Of a stretch of 48,860 nt of DNA, positions 40,827 through 48,860 are shown piece by piece. The DNA is taken from NCBI GenBank assembly GCA_958419975.1, contig CATZIG010000001.1:1-48860 (forward strand). Direction: 5' to 3'. The position numbers and the translations under genes are program-made. Each line of letters opens with the position of its first letter. Position 1 is the stretch's first letter. The notes beneath the pieces were generated by a model, which ran no database searches, was not told the origin of the DNA, and worked only from the letters and a program-made list of their open reading frames with translations. The stretch is from an uncultured Collinsella sp. Its GTDB lineage: Bacteria > Actinomycetota > Coriobacteriia > Coriobacteriales > Coriobacteriaceae.

Positions 40827-42269
40827 ATGTTTAATCAAAAAAATAAGGTGACACGCGCGGACTATGAGCAGTGGCGTGCCGGACAGGATGAGACGGCGGG
40901 TCGCATCGCGTCCGACCCCGATAGGCTCCTGTTCCATGTGGAGCCTGAGCTTGGCTGGCTCAACGACCCCAACGGTTTGGTGCAGATCGGTGATACGTAT
41001 CACATCTATCACCAATACGATCCATTCGATGCTGCGCATGGCGGTCCAGTGCTTTGGAATCATCTGACAACAAAGGATTTTGTGACGTACGAGAATCGCG
41101 GCCCTGTGCTGTTCCCCGATTCCGATTTGGATTCGAGCGGAGCGTATTCTGGTTCTGCCTTTGTACACGACGACAAGATTCACTACTTCTATACCGGCAA
41201 CGTCAAGCATTTTGACCGCGATGATTACGACTACGTGTTGACGGGCCGTGAGCAAAACCAGATTCATGTGGTTGCCGAGAACCCCGACGAATTGGGCGAG
41301 AAGCGCATAGCTGTTGGGCCGGTCGATTACCCCGACGATATCGGTACGCACGTGCGTGATCCCAAAATCCTTGAACACGATGGTATCTACTACATGGTTC
41401 TGGGCGCTCGTACGAAAGACGACCGCGGCTGCGTGCTTGTCTATACCTCGAGCGATCTAGAGGACTGGAGCTATGCGACGCGCATTGAGTTGGGCGAGAA
41501 GTTTGGCTTTATGTGGGAGTGCCCCGACCTGTTTGAGCTCGATGGTGAGCTTATTCTCGTTTGCTGTCCGCAGGGTGTGTCCGCCGATGGATGGCGTTAC
41601 CGCAATCCGCACCAGTGCGTGTGGTTTCCCATCGAGGCCGATTGGGAGGCGCCGAGTTTTAAGATCGCCGGGCAGGGCATGCCCCCGATGGTCGATGCCG
41701 GCTTTGATTTCTACGCACCGCAGTCTTTTGAGGATGCTGCGGGTCGGCGTTTGATGATCGGGTGGTCGGGTTGCCCCGATGCGACGGCAAAAAGCCCGAC
41801 GGTGGCACGCGGGTGGCAGTGCGCGTTGACGGTGCCGCGAGAGCTGAGCATACGCGATGGTAAGCTCTGTCAGCAGCCGGTGCACGAGATTGAGAGGATG
41901 CGCGGCGACTGCGTTTGCGCGACAGGCGGTGAAACCGTTGAGGAGCCGGGCCGCCTGTTTGATCTTGTGGTTTCCTGTGAGGGCGCCCAGGTGATCGAGC
42001 TCGAAATCCGCAAGGGTGTCTTTGTGCGCTATGCAGACGGGATGCTTACCCTCGACATGGGTGACGAAGGCTATGGGCGCGACCAGAGGTCGATCGAGCT
42101 CAGCGAGCTTCGCGACCTGCGCGTGCTTTCGGACACTACGATGGTCGAGATTTTTGCAAATGGCGGCGAGGCAGCACTTACGAGCCGGACCTATTCGCCG
42201 GCGGTTCCGGCGATGGAGCTGCACGCCGAGGGTGCGGTATCGATGAATTTCTACCGCCTCGTGCATTAA
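40827..42269 (+). CDS. scrB: Sucrose-6-phosphate hydrolase (GH32)
   Basis: WLNDPNG, YSGSA, RDP, MWECPD, GFDFYAPQ. Confidence 0.88.
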   Translation: MFNQKNKVTRADYEQWRAGQDETAGRIASDPDRLLFHVEPELGWLNDPNGLVQIGDTYHIYHQYDPFDAAHGGPVLWNHLTTKDFVTYENRGPVLFPDSDLDSSGAYSGSAFVHDDKIHYFYTGNVKHFDRDDYDYVLTGREQNQIHVVAENPDELGEKRIAVGPVDYPDDIGTHVRDPKILEHDGIYYMVLGARTKDDRGCVLVYTSSDLEDWSYATRIELGEKFGFMWECPDLFELDGELILVCCPQGVSADGWRYRNPHQCVWFPIEADWEAPSFKIAGQGMPPMVDAGFDFYAPQSFEDAAGRRLMIGWSGCPDATAKSPTVARGWQCALTVPRELSIRDGKLCQQPVHEIERMRGDCVCATGGETVEEPGRLFDLVVSCEGAQVIELEIRKGVFVRYADGMLTLDMGDEGYGRDQRSIELSELRDLRVLSDTTMVEIFANGGEAALTSRTYSPAVPAMELHAEGAVSMNFYRLVH

Positions 42270-42544
42270 CCGTGCATGGAGTACGATTGGACTTGCTGGG
42301 CGGAATGTGTCGCAGTTACCGCGGCCAGCTACCGTTTATCGCGTATAGCGACCGTTTGCGGAATAAGTAACACTCCTTAATAAACCGTGTAGAATCTCAG
42401 GATGCACGGAGTTTTCCAGGGAGACGCTGTCCTTTGTTGTGTGCAAGGGGCGGCGTCTCTTTGGCGCTTGGACGCCGTTGTGCAACAGTGCGGCGGCGCG
42501 TGCCATGTATTGAAAAGCCAATGTTGAGATGGGTCGTGATAATA

Positions 42545-43399
42545 ATGGGCAAGTACGTAATCGTGGTCGAGTCTGGGTCGGATGTGACGCCGGAGCTTTG
42601 CGAACGCTACGGCATCGTGCGCGTGCCCATGCATGTCACGATTGGTGACGAGACCGTCGAGGACGGTTCGATCGATCCGCTCGAGATTTACTCGCGCTGC
42701 AACGAGTTTGGCGTAATGCCCAAGACCAGCGGCTGCGCGCCTGCGGATTTTGCTCACGTGTACGACCGTATCCATGCCGAGCAGCCCGATGCGACCATTC
42801 TGCATCTTGCGTACTCCGAAGCCACGACCTGCTCGCATCAATCATCGAAGATCGCCGCCAAGGGGCGCGACTACGTCTACTCCATGGACACGCGCTTTGT
42901 CTCGGTGGGCCAGTCGCTCGTTGTCGTCGAGACTGCCAAATACATCGAGGCTCACCCCGATGCCACCGTCGACGAGATCTTCGCCTTCACGAACTCCGTC
43001 ATGGACCGTGTGCTGCTGGGCTTTGTTCCTACCGACCTAGCCTTCCTTAAGGCAGGCGGTCGCCTGTCCAACGTGGCATTCCTTGGCGCCCATCTGCTCA
43101 AGATTAAGCCCTGCATTGAGGTGACGGGCGGCAAGTTCGTGGCGACCAAGAAGTTCCGCGGCTCTATGCTCAAGTGCGCCCGCGCCTTTATTGACCACAT
43201 GGTTGCGAAGGGCGAGATCGACTACTCGCACATTGGCCTGGCGTATTCGGTAGGCCTTTCCCAGGAGCTGCGCGACGACATGGAAGTCTATGCGCACGAC
43301 CTGGGCTTTAAGGACGTTACCTGGACTCAGGTCGGCGGTGTCATCTCGAGCCATTGCGGGCCGACCGCCTTCGGTGCGGTGCTCACGCTTAAGTCGTAA
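42545..43399 (+). CDS. DegV-family fatty-acid-binding protein
   Basis: PKTSG, LAFLKAGGRL, LKIKPCI, VISSHCGP. Confidence 0.9.
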   Translation: MGKYVIVVESGSDVTPELCERYGIVRVPMHVTIGDETVEDGSIDPLEIYSRCNEFGVMPKTSGCAPADFAHVYDRIHAEQPDATILHLAYSEATTCSHQSSKIAAKGRDYVYSMDTRFVSVGQSLVVVETAKYIEAHPDATVDEIFAFTNSVMDRVLLGFVPTDLAFLKAGGRLSNVAFLGAHLLKIKPCIEVTGGKFVATKKFRGSMLKCARAFIDHMVAKGEIDYSHIGLAYSVGLSQELRDDMEVYAHDLGFKDVTWTQVGGVISSHCGPTAFGAVLTLKS

Positions 43400-43573
43400 A
43401 GGCCTCAGGCGAGCGTTCTTCAGCCTGACATCTCGACGTAGACCCCAACCATGGTGATGGGGGATAGATTAAAACGTGCCATTCTAGCCCGAGACGTTTA
43501 AACGCAAACGCATGGGCTAGAATGGCTCTGGCATTTTAATTGGTTACATCCAAGGAGAGGCAAGGTAGCGCGA

Positions 43574-44392
43574 ATGGCAGAAATGACGCTTGAGGGTGTG
43601 GACGCTCGTCCCGAGGACTCTGCGTTTGCCCTTGGCCGCGTGCATTCGGTCGAGACGATGGGAACGGTCGACGGACCCGGCATCCGCTTTGTGGTGTTTG
43701 TTCAGGGCTGTCCCATGCGCTGCGCGTATTGCCACAATCCCGATACCTGGTCGGTCAACGGCGGCACCATGGTGACCGTCGAGCATCTGATGGACGAGTT
43801 CCAGAGCAACCATGAGTTCTACCGTAGCGGCGGCATTACCGTTTCGGGCGGAGAACCGCTACTGCAGCCCGAGTTTTTGGCCGACCTGTTCCGTGCAATG
43901 CACAACAACCCCGATGGCCGTGTACATACCTGCCTAGATAGCTGTGGCTATGCATTTGACCCCAACCACCCCGAGAAGTTTGATGCCGTGCTCAACGAGA
44001 CCGACATGGTACTGCTCGATATCAAGCATGCCGACCCGGTCGAGCATAAAAAGCTGACCGGTTGCGATCCCGCACGCATCTTGGCGTTTGGCGATGAGCT
44101 TGCACGTCGCAAGATCAAGGTCGTTATCCGCCACGTGGTGGTGCCGGGCATTACCGACACGGTGGAGGAGTGCGAGAAGCTCGGTCGCCTCATTGCTCCA
44201 TGGCACAACGTGGTGGGCCTGGAAATGCTGCCGTATCACACGATGGGTGTCGTCAAGTACGAGCAACTGGGCATTCCCTATAAGCTCGAGGGCGTGCCCC
44301 AGATGGATACCGCGCGCATGCCCGAGTTGCGTAATGCCGTTATGACCGGCATGAAAAAGCGCCGCGCGGAGCTCAGGTCGGCCATCGGCTAA
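43574..44392 (+). CDS. pflA: Pyruvate formate-lyase activating enzyme (radical SAM)
   Basis: GTVDGPGIRFVVFVQGCPMRCAYCHNPDTW, GGITVSGGEPLLQ, LPYH. Confidence 0.95.
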   Translation: MAEMTLEGVDARPEDSAFALGRVHSVETMGTVDGPGIRFVVFVQGCPMRCAYCHNPDTWSVNGGTMVTVEHLMDEFQSNHEFYRSGGITVSGGEPLLQPEFLADLFRAMHNNPDGRVHTCLDSCGYAFDPNHPEKFDAVLNETDMVLLDIKHADPVEHKKLTGCDPARILAFGDELARRKIKVVIRHVVVPGITDTVEECEKLGRLIAPWHNVVGLEMLPYHTMGVVKYEQLGIPYKLEGVPQMDTARMPELRNAVMTGMKKRRAELRSAIG

Positions 44393-44518
44393 CAAGCCAT
44401 TTTTGCCCCTTTATGATACCCGAGCTGTACTGGCCTAACGGCTTGGTGCTGACACGGTTGAGCCAAAATGCTGGTACCATACCGTGGATAAGCAATTTGC
44501 ACGGATTTGGGGGATGGC

Positions 44519-45259
44519 ATGGCAACCATCGCGATCATAGGCGCACTCGAAAAAGAGGTTGCGCAGATTAAGGAAGAGCTGAGTGGCACGCATGTGTCGC
44601 AGGAGGCGGGCTTGACCGTTGTGAACGGTGGGCTTTCGGGTCTGACGGTAGTCGCCACGACGGCAGGCATGGGGACCGTGAACGCCGCGGCCGCAACGCA
44701 GCATCTCATCAGCAAATACGCCCCGCAGGCCGTTGTGTTTTCGGGCATTGCGGGTGGCCTTAACCCTAAACTGCATATTAACGACGTGGTTATAGGCAAG
44801 TGCCTGCGCTATCTGGATACCGATACGGCACTTATCGCCGAGTCCGCTCCGGGGCTCGAGGAGTTTGTCTCGACGCCGGCGTTGGTTGATGTTGCCGCCG
44901 CCGTGCTTGCCGAGCATGGATTTGTGGATGCCTCGGCGGATGAGAATTCTGCGGAGAAGGACCCCAAGCAGTTCCTGTGTGGCACTATCGCCACGGGTGA
45001 CCGCTTTGTTACGGGTGACGCCATGCGTAACGCTGCGATTGAGGCCACGCATGCCGATTGCGTCGAGATGGAGGGCGCGGCAATTGCGCACATCGCGGCC
45101 AAGAATGGTGTCGATTGCCTGGTGCTGCGCGCTATCAGCGATAATTGTGACGAGGCATATGACGCGTTTTGCGAGCGCGAGTTCGATCTGGACGAGTACG
45201 CTCGCACCGCGAGCGGTATCACGCTTGACATCGTTCGTCGTATCGCCGCCGCGCAATAG
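44519..45259 (+). CDS. mtnN: 5'-methylthioadenosine/S-adenosylhomocysteine nucleosidase
   Basis: IAIIGALEKE, GMGTVNAA, SGIAGG, TGDRF, VEMEGAA, RAISD. Confidence 0.88.
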   Translation: MATIAIIGALEKEVAQIKEELSGTHVSQEAGLTVVNGGLSGLTVVATTAGMGTVNAAAATQHLISKYAPQAVVFSGIAGGLNPKLHINDVVIGKCLRYLDTDTALIAESAPGLEEFVSTPALVDVAAAVLAEHGFVDASADENSAEKDPKQFLCGTIATGDRFVTGDAMRNAAIEATHADCVEMEGAAIAHIAAKNGVDCLVLRAISDNCDEAYDAFCEREFDLDEYARTASGITLDIVRRIAAAQ

Positions 45260-45298
45260 CACGCCCGTTTTGTAAGAACCTACGACCAAGGAGTGTCC

Positions 45299-45889
45299 AT
45301 GGCCGATTCAATTAACTACCAGCTTGCCAAGTTCGTTGCCAGCTACGGCAAGGTTTCGCAGATCCCCGAGTCCACCTGTCCCGAGGTGAGCTTCGTCGGC
45401 CGCTCCAACGTGGGCAAGTCCTCCATCATGAACAAACTCTTTGGCCGCAAGAACCTGGTCAAGGTTTCGAGCACGCCGGGCAAGACGAGCAACATCAACT
45501 TTTTTGAGGCCGACGACGTGCATTTTGTGGACCTGCCGGGCTACGGTTTCGCCCGTCGTTCCAAGGCCGAGCGCGACCGCTGGGCCGAGCTTATCGGCGA
45601 CTTTTTCGATTCCGAGCGCAGCTTTAACCTGGTTGTGTCGCTGGTGGACATTCGTCACGATCCCAGCAAGCTCGATCATGACATGATCGACTACCTGCAG
45701 GGCAACGAGTTCAACTTTATCGTCTGCCTCACCAAAGCCGACAAGCTCAGCCGCACCCAGCAGGCCCGCCAGGCAGCAGCCATCAAAAAACAGCTCAACG
45801 TCCCGGCCGAGAACGTGATCATCACAAGCTCCCAAACCGGCACCGGTATCGACGAACTCAAGCGCCGCATCGCCGAGGCCTGCCTCTAG
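45299..45889 (+). CDS. yihA: Ribosome biogenesis GTPase YihA/YsxC (EngB)
   Basis: GRSNVGKSS, STPGKT, DLPGYG, TKADK. Confidence 0.95.
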   Translation: MADSINYQLAKFVASYGKVSQIPESTCPEVSFVGRSNVGKSSIMNKLFGRKNLVKVSSTPGKTSNINFFEADDVHFVDLPGYGFARRSKAERDRWAELIGDFFDSERSFNLVVSLVDIRHDPSKLDHDMIDYLQGNEFNFIVCLTKADKLSRTQQARQAAAIKKQLNVPAENVIITSSQTGTGIDELKRRIAEACL

Positions 45890-45967
45890 TAAGGGCTCCA
45901 GCCTAGCAAGAGCCCCTATCAATAAAAGGCCATAATTTCAGCCCGGCGCCCCTTCAAAGCGTGGGTC

Positions 45968-46154
45968 CCTGTAGACATCGCCAGTCACGTTACCATAGGG
46001 CCACCCAGGGGCATCCCCTTAAAAACATTCCGCAGCACGAGGCCCGCTTATCCGCAGCTCCGAAGGAGCAGGATAAGCGGGCCTCAAGTGCGAGGACGTT
46101 TTTAAGGGGATGCCCCTGGGCGGCCCGGACAGACCGATCGGCGATGTCTACAGG
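45968..46154. repeat. Long bulged hairpin element between convergent yihA and thrB
   Basis: Arms 45998-46026 / 46098-46126, plus perfect 15-bp outer arms 45968-45982 / 46140-46154 that include the thrB stop codon. Confidence 0.85.
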
Positions 46155-47029
46155 TACTCGATTTGAGCGCCCTCGGTGTCGCACGTCAGAATGTGCGTGT
46201 CACACTTGGGGAACTGCTCGCGCAGCTTGACCTGCAGGAACTTCGCCACGATGGTGTCGTCAGTCACGGCCATGAGGGTCGAGCCGGAGCCACTGATCCA
46301 GATGGTCTTGGCGCCTCCGTTAAGGCAGGTGTCGCGCACGGCGTTGTAGTCGGGGATGAGGCGGCGGCGATAGGGCTCCTGGATGCGGTCGTCGTTGGCG
46401 GCGGCAATCAGGTCGAGGTCACCAGTCTCCAGGCCGCGCGTCATGCCGGCGATGCGGCCCATTTGCCATACGGCGGTGGAGAGTGGAATCTCCTGCGGCA
46501 CAACCTTGCGCGCCTCGCTCGTATGCACCTCGTAGGGCGGAATCACGGTAATAAAACGCAAGCGATCGCTCACCTCGTAGCGCAGGCACTGGGGGAGCGA
46601 ATCAGTCGGCGTAAAGGAGCAAACGGCACCGCCCAGGATGGCAGGGGCGACGTTATCGGGATGCCCCTCGACCTCGGTGGCAATGCGGACGAGCTCAGCG
46701 CGGTCGACGGTGTGGCCCGTCAGTGCGGCGGCTGCCATGATGCCGGCGACGACGCAGGTGGAGCTGGAACCCAGGCCGCGGGCGACGGGCACGTCGGTCT
46801 GGATATCGATGGCAACGGGAAAAGCCGGCTCGCCCCATGCGGCCAGCGCATCGACAAAGCTCACGTAGACCAGGTTGTTCTCGTTTTGGAATTCCTCGGG
46901 GCAGCCTGTGATGGTGAGCTTGTCGGCGCGCTCGAAGGTGAAGTGCGAATAGAGGCTGACGGCCATGCCGAGGGTATCGTATCCAATGCCCAAGTTGGCG
47001 CTCGTTGCTGGGACGGTGATTTTGATCAT
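46148..47029 (-). CDS. thrB: Homoserine kinase
   Basis: VPATSANLGIGYD, PVARGLGSSS, EGHPDNVAP, ISGSG. Confidence 0.95.
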   Translation of the reverse strand: MIKITVPATSANLGIGYDTLGMAVSLYSHFTFERADKLTITGCPEEFQNENNLVYVSFVDALAAWGEPAFPVAIDIQTDVPVARGLGSSSTCVVAGIMAAAALTGHTVDRAELVRIATEVEGHPDNVAPAILGGAVCSFTPTDSLPQCLRYEVSDRLRFITVIPPYEVHTSEARKVVPQEIPLSTAVWQMGRIAGMTRGLETGDLDLIAAANDDRIQEPYRRRLIPDYNAVRDTCLNGGAKTIWISGSGSTLMAVTDDTIVAKFLQVKLREQFPKCDTHILTCDTEGAQIEYL

Positions 47030-47042
47030 GTGAGTCCTCCTG

Positions 47043-47154
47043 GCGTGCCTGGCTGTTTAGTTCGCTGCTCGGGCAGTCCTGCGCAAGACGGAAAGCACAT
47101 TAAGTGCTTTCCTTTGCGTGCGGAACTCGCGACGAACTAAACAGCCAGGCACGC
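47043..47154. repeat. Long bulged hairpin between thrC and thrB
   Basis: Perfect 22-bp arms 47043-47064 / 47133-47154 and inner stem GGAAAGCAC-attaa-GTGCTTTCC. Confidence 0.8.
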
Positions 47155-47232
47155 TGTGCGCGTTCGTCATCATCCCGGGGGTTATCTGATGAAAGAAGGT
47201 GCGCCGGCTTTCGCCGGCGCTTAATAAGGGGT

Positions 47233-48750
47233 TTATTTGGAAGCCATCTTTTTTGCTGCAGACTCTACGTAGTTGGCCATGTCGGCTACGTCGCAGACGT
47301 CTTCGAAACGGACGGGCTTGGATTCGAGTTCGGCGAGCTGGGTCGGGGCGACCGTGTTGGTTGCCTGCTCGAGCACACGCATAGCCTCAAAGTCGTCCTC
47401 GGGAACGTCGAGCCCCAGGGCGTCGCAGCAGGCGCGCGGGAACTTGTAGGGGCTGGCGGTTGAAAGCAGCACGCGGGCCTTGGCGCCCTCGGCGGGGGCG
47501 ACCTGCTCAAAGACGTGATAGCCGCAAGCGGTGTGCGGGTCGATCACGTAGCCGTTCGCATCCCAGCAGCTCTTGATGGCGGCGCGAACCTCGTCCTCGC
47601 TGGCCCAGCCGCAGCCAAACACGCTCTGGATCTTGGCCAGCAGTTCGGCGGGGACCTCGTAGCGACCAGTTTGTGCCAGCTGCTCCATAAGGCCGGCAAC
47701 GAGCTCGCAGTCGCCACCGGACAGGAAGTACAGCATGCGCTCCAGGTTGGAGCTGATGAGGATGTCCATCGACGGCGAGATGGTCGTGAAGAACGGACGG
47801 TTGCGGTCGTAGACGCCGGTGGTCAAGAAGTCGGCGAGCACGTTGTTCTTGTCGCTGGCCACGATGAGTTTGGCGACGGGCAGGCCCATGTGCTTGGCGT
47901 AGTAGCCGGCCAAGATATCGCCAAAGTTGCCGGTCGGTACGCAGAACTCCACAGCGTCGCCGGCCTCGATGGCGCCGGCGCGCAGCAGCTGCGCATAGGC
48001 GGCAAAGTAGTAGACGACCTGTGGTACCAGGCGGCCGACGTTGATGGAGTTGGCACTCGAAAGCACCGTGCCGGCGGCCTCAAGACGCTCGGCAAGCTCC
48101 TTATCGGCAAAGATGCGCTTGACAGCACTCTGGGCGTCGTCGAAGTTGCCGCGGATGCCGCAGACGGCGACGTTGTCTCCCTCCTGCGTGGACATCTGCA
48201 GGTTTTGGACGCGGCTGACCTTGCCCTCGGGATAAAAGACGGTGATGCCCGTGCCCGGAGCGTCGGCAAAACCGGCGAGTGCTGCCTTGCCCGTGTCGCC
48301 CGATGTGGCGGTGACGATCATGATGCGCTCGGCGCCGCCGTCCTTGGCGGAAGTGCGGGCCATCAGACGGGGGAGCATCTGCAGAGCGACGTCCTTAAAA
48401 GCGCTCGTGGGGCCGCCAAAGAGCTCCATCACATAGGTTTGCGGGGCGTCGGCACCCGGTGCGGCGTCGAGTTTGACGAGCGGCGTGACCTCTTCGCTCG
48501 CAAACGTGCCGCGGTATGCCTCGTCGACACACGCCGAAATTTCTTCGGCCGTGTAATCATTCAGTAACATTCCCAACACATCTTGAGCGATTTCAAAGTA
48601 CGATTTATCTGCAAGCGAGCTGATATCGACCTGCTGGGTGCCGAGCTCGTCCGAGACAAACAAACCCCCGTCGGGAGCGATGCCGGTGCGGATTGCCACC
48701 TTACTTGAGCACGATAAAGTGCGTCCTCGTGTACTATGATAAGTTCCCAT
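47233..48750 (-). CDS. thrC: Threonine synthase
   Basis: YHSTRG, APDGGLF, GPTSAFKD (PLP Lys), ATSGDTG, NSINVGRL, PTGNFG, SPSMDILISSN. SD GAGGAG before ATG 48750. Confidence 0.95.
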   Translation of the reverse strand: MGTYHSTRGRTLSCSSKVAIRTGIAPDGGLFVSDELGTQQVDISSLADKSYFEIAQDVLGMLLNDYTAEEISACVDEAYRGTFASEEVTPLVKLDAAPGADAPQTYVMELFGGPTSAFKDVALQMLPRLMARTSAKDGGAERIMIVTATSGDTGKAALAGFADAPGTGITVFYPEGKVSRVQNLQMSTQEGDNVAVCGIRGNFDDAQSAVKRIFADKELAERLEAAGTVLSSANSINVGRLVPQVVYYFAAYAQLLRAGAIEAGDAVEFCVPTGNFGDILAGYYAKHMGLPVAKLIVASDKNNVLADFLTTGVYDRNRPFFTTISPSMDILISSNLERMLYFLSGGDCELVAGLMEQLAQTGRYEVPAELLAKIQSVFGCGWASEDEVRAAIKSCWDANGYVIDPHTACGYHVFEQVAPAEGAKARVLLSTASPYKFPRACCDALGLDVPEDDFEAMRVLEQATNTVAPTQLAELESKPVRFEDVCDVADMANYVESAAKKMASK

Positions 48751-48860
48751 ATAACACTGCTCCTCGGATGCCTTGGTCCCAATCGGTGAAACCATGGTAT
48801 CAGAGCGCACAAAATAGGTTCGCAGAGGCTTTTTAGAAAGGTAACCTCCAGCCCATGATT

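Noticed and set aside
44393..44518. SAM/SAH riboswitch before mtnN
   Set aside because: Only a weak hairpin and no recognisable consensus.
48751..48860. T-box or threonine leader attenuator upstream of thrC
   Set aside because: No T-box consensus or Thr-rich leader is visible in the 110 nt available.

Overview
High-GC anaerobic gut-type bacterial chromosome segment. Gene content and codon style suggest Coriobacteriia such as Collinsella (inference). 1-22 kb is a lactose/galactose supercluster: two GH1 6-phospho-beta-galactosidases, lactose PTS EIICB and EIIA, lacABXC, galK/galT, three paralogous LacI regulators each with its own visible operator set, and a DeoR regulator divergent from a class II aldolase. 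It is interrupted by a membrane protein, an AAA+/DUF4143-like ATPase and a flavodiiron protein. 22-33 kb holds a NUDIX-Vsr fusion, a BceAB-like ABC transporter, DAHP synthase, and MarR with a heterodimeric ABC exporter. 34-49 kb holds a naturally split pyruvate formate-lyase (barrel gene plus a separate glycyl-radical-domain gene), a sucrose/FOS PTS cluster, degV, pflA, mtnN, yihA, thrB and thrC. Intergenic regions carry several families of REP-like hairpins whose stems vary while loop and bulge motifs are conserved. No rRNA, tRNA, CRISPR array or transposase was recognised.
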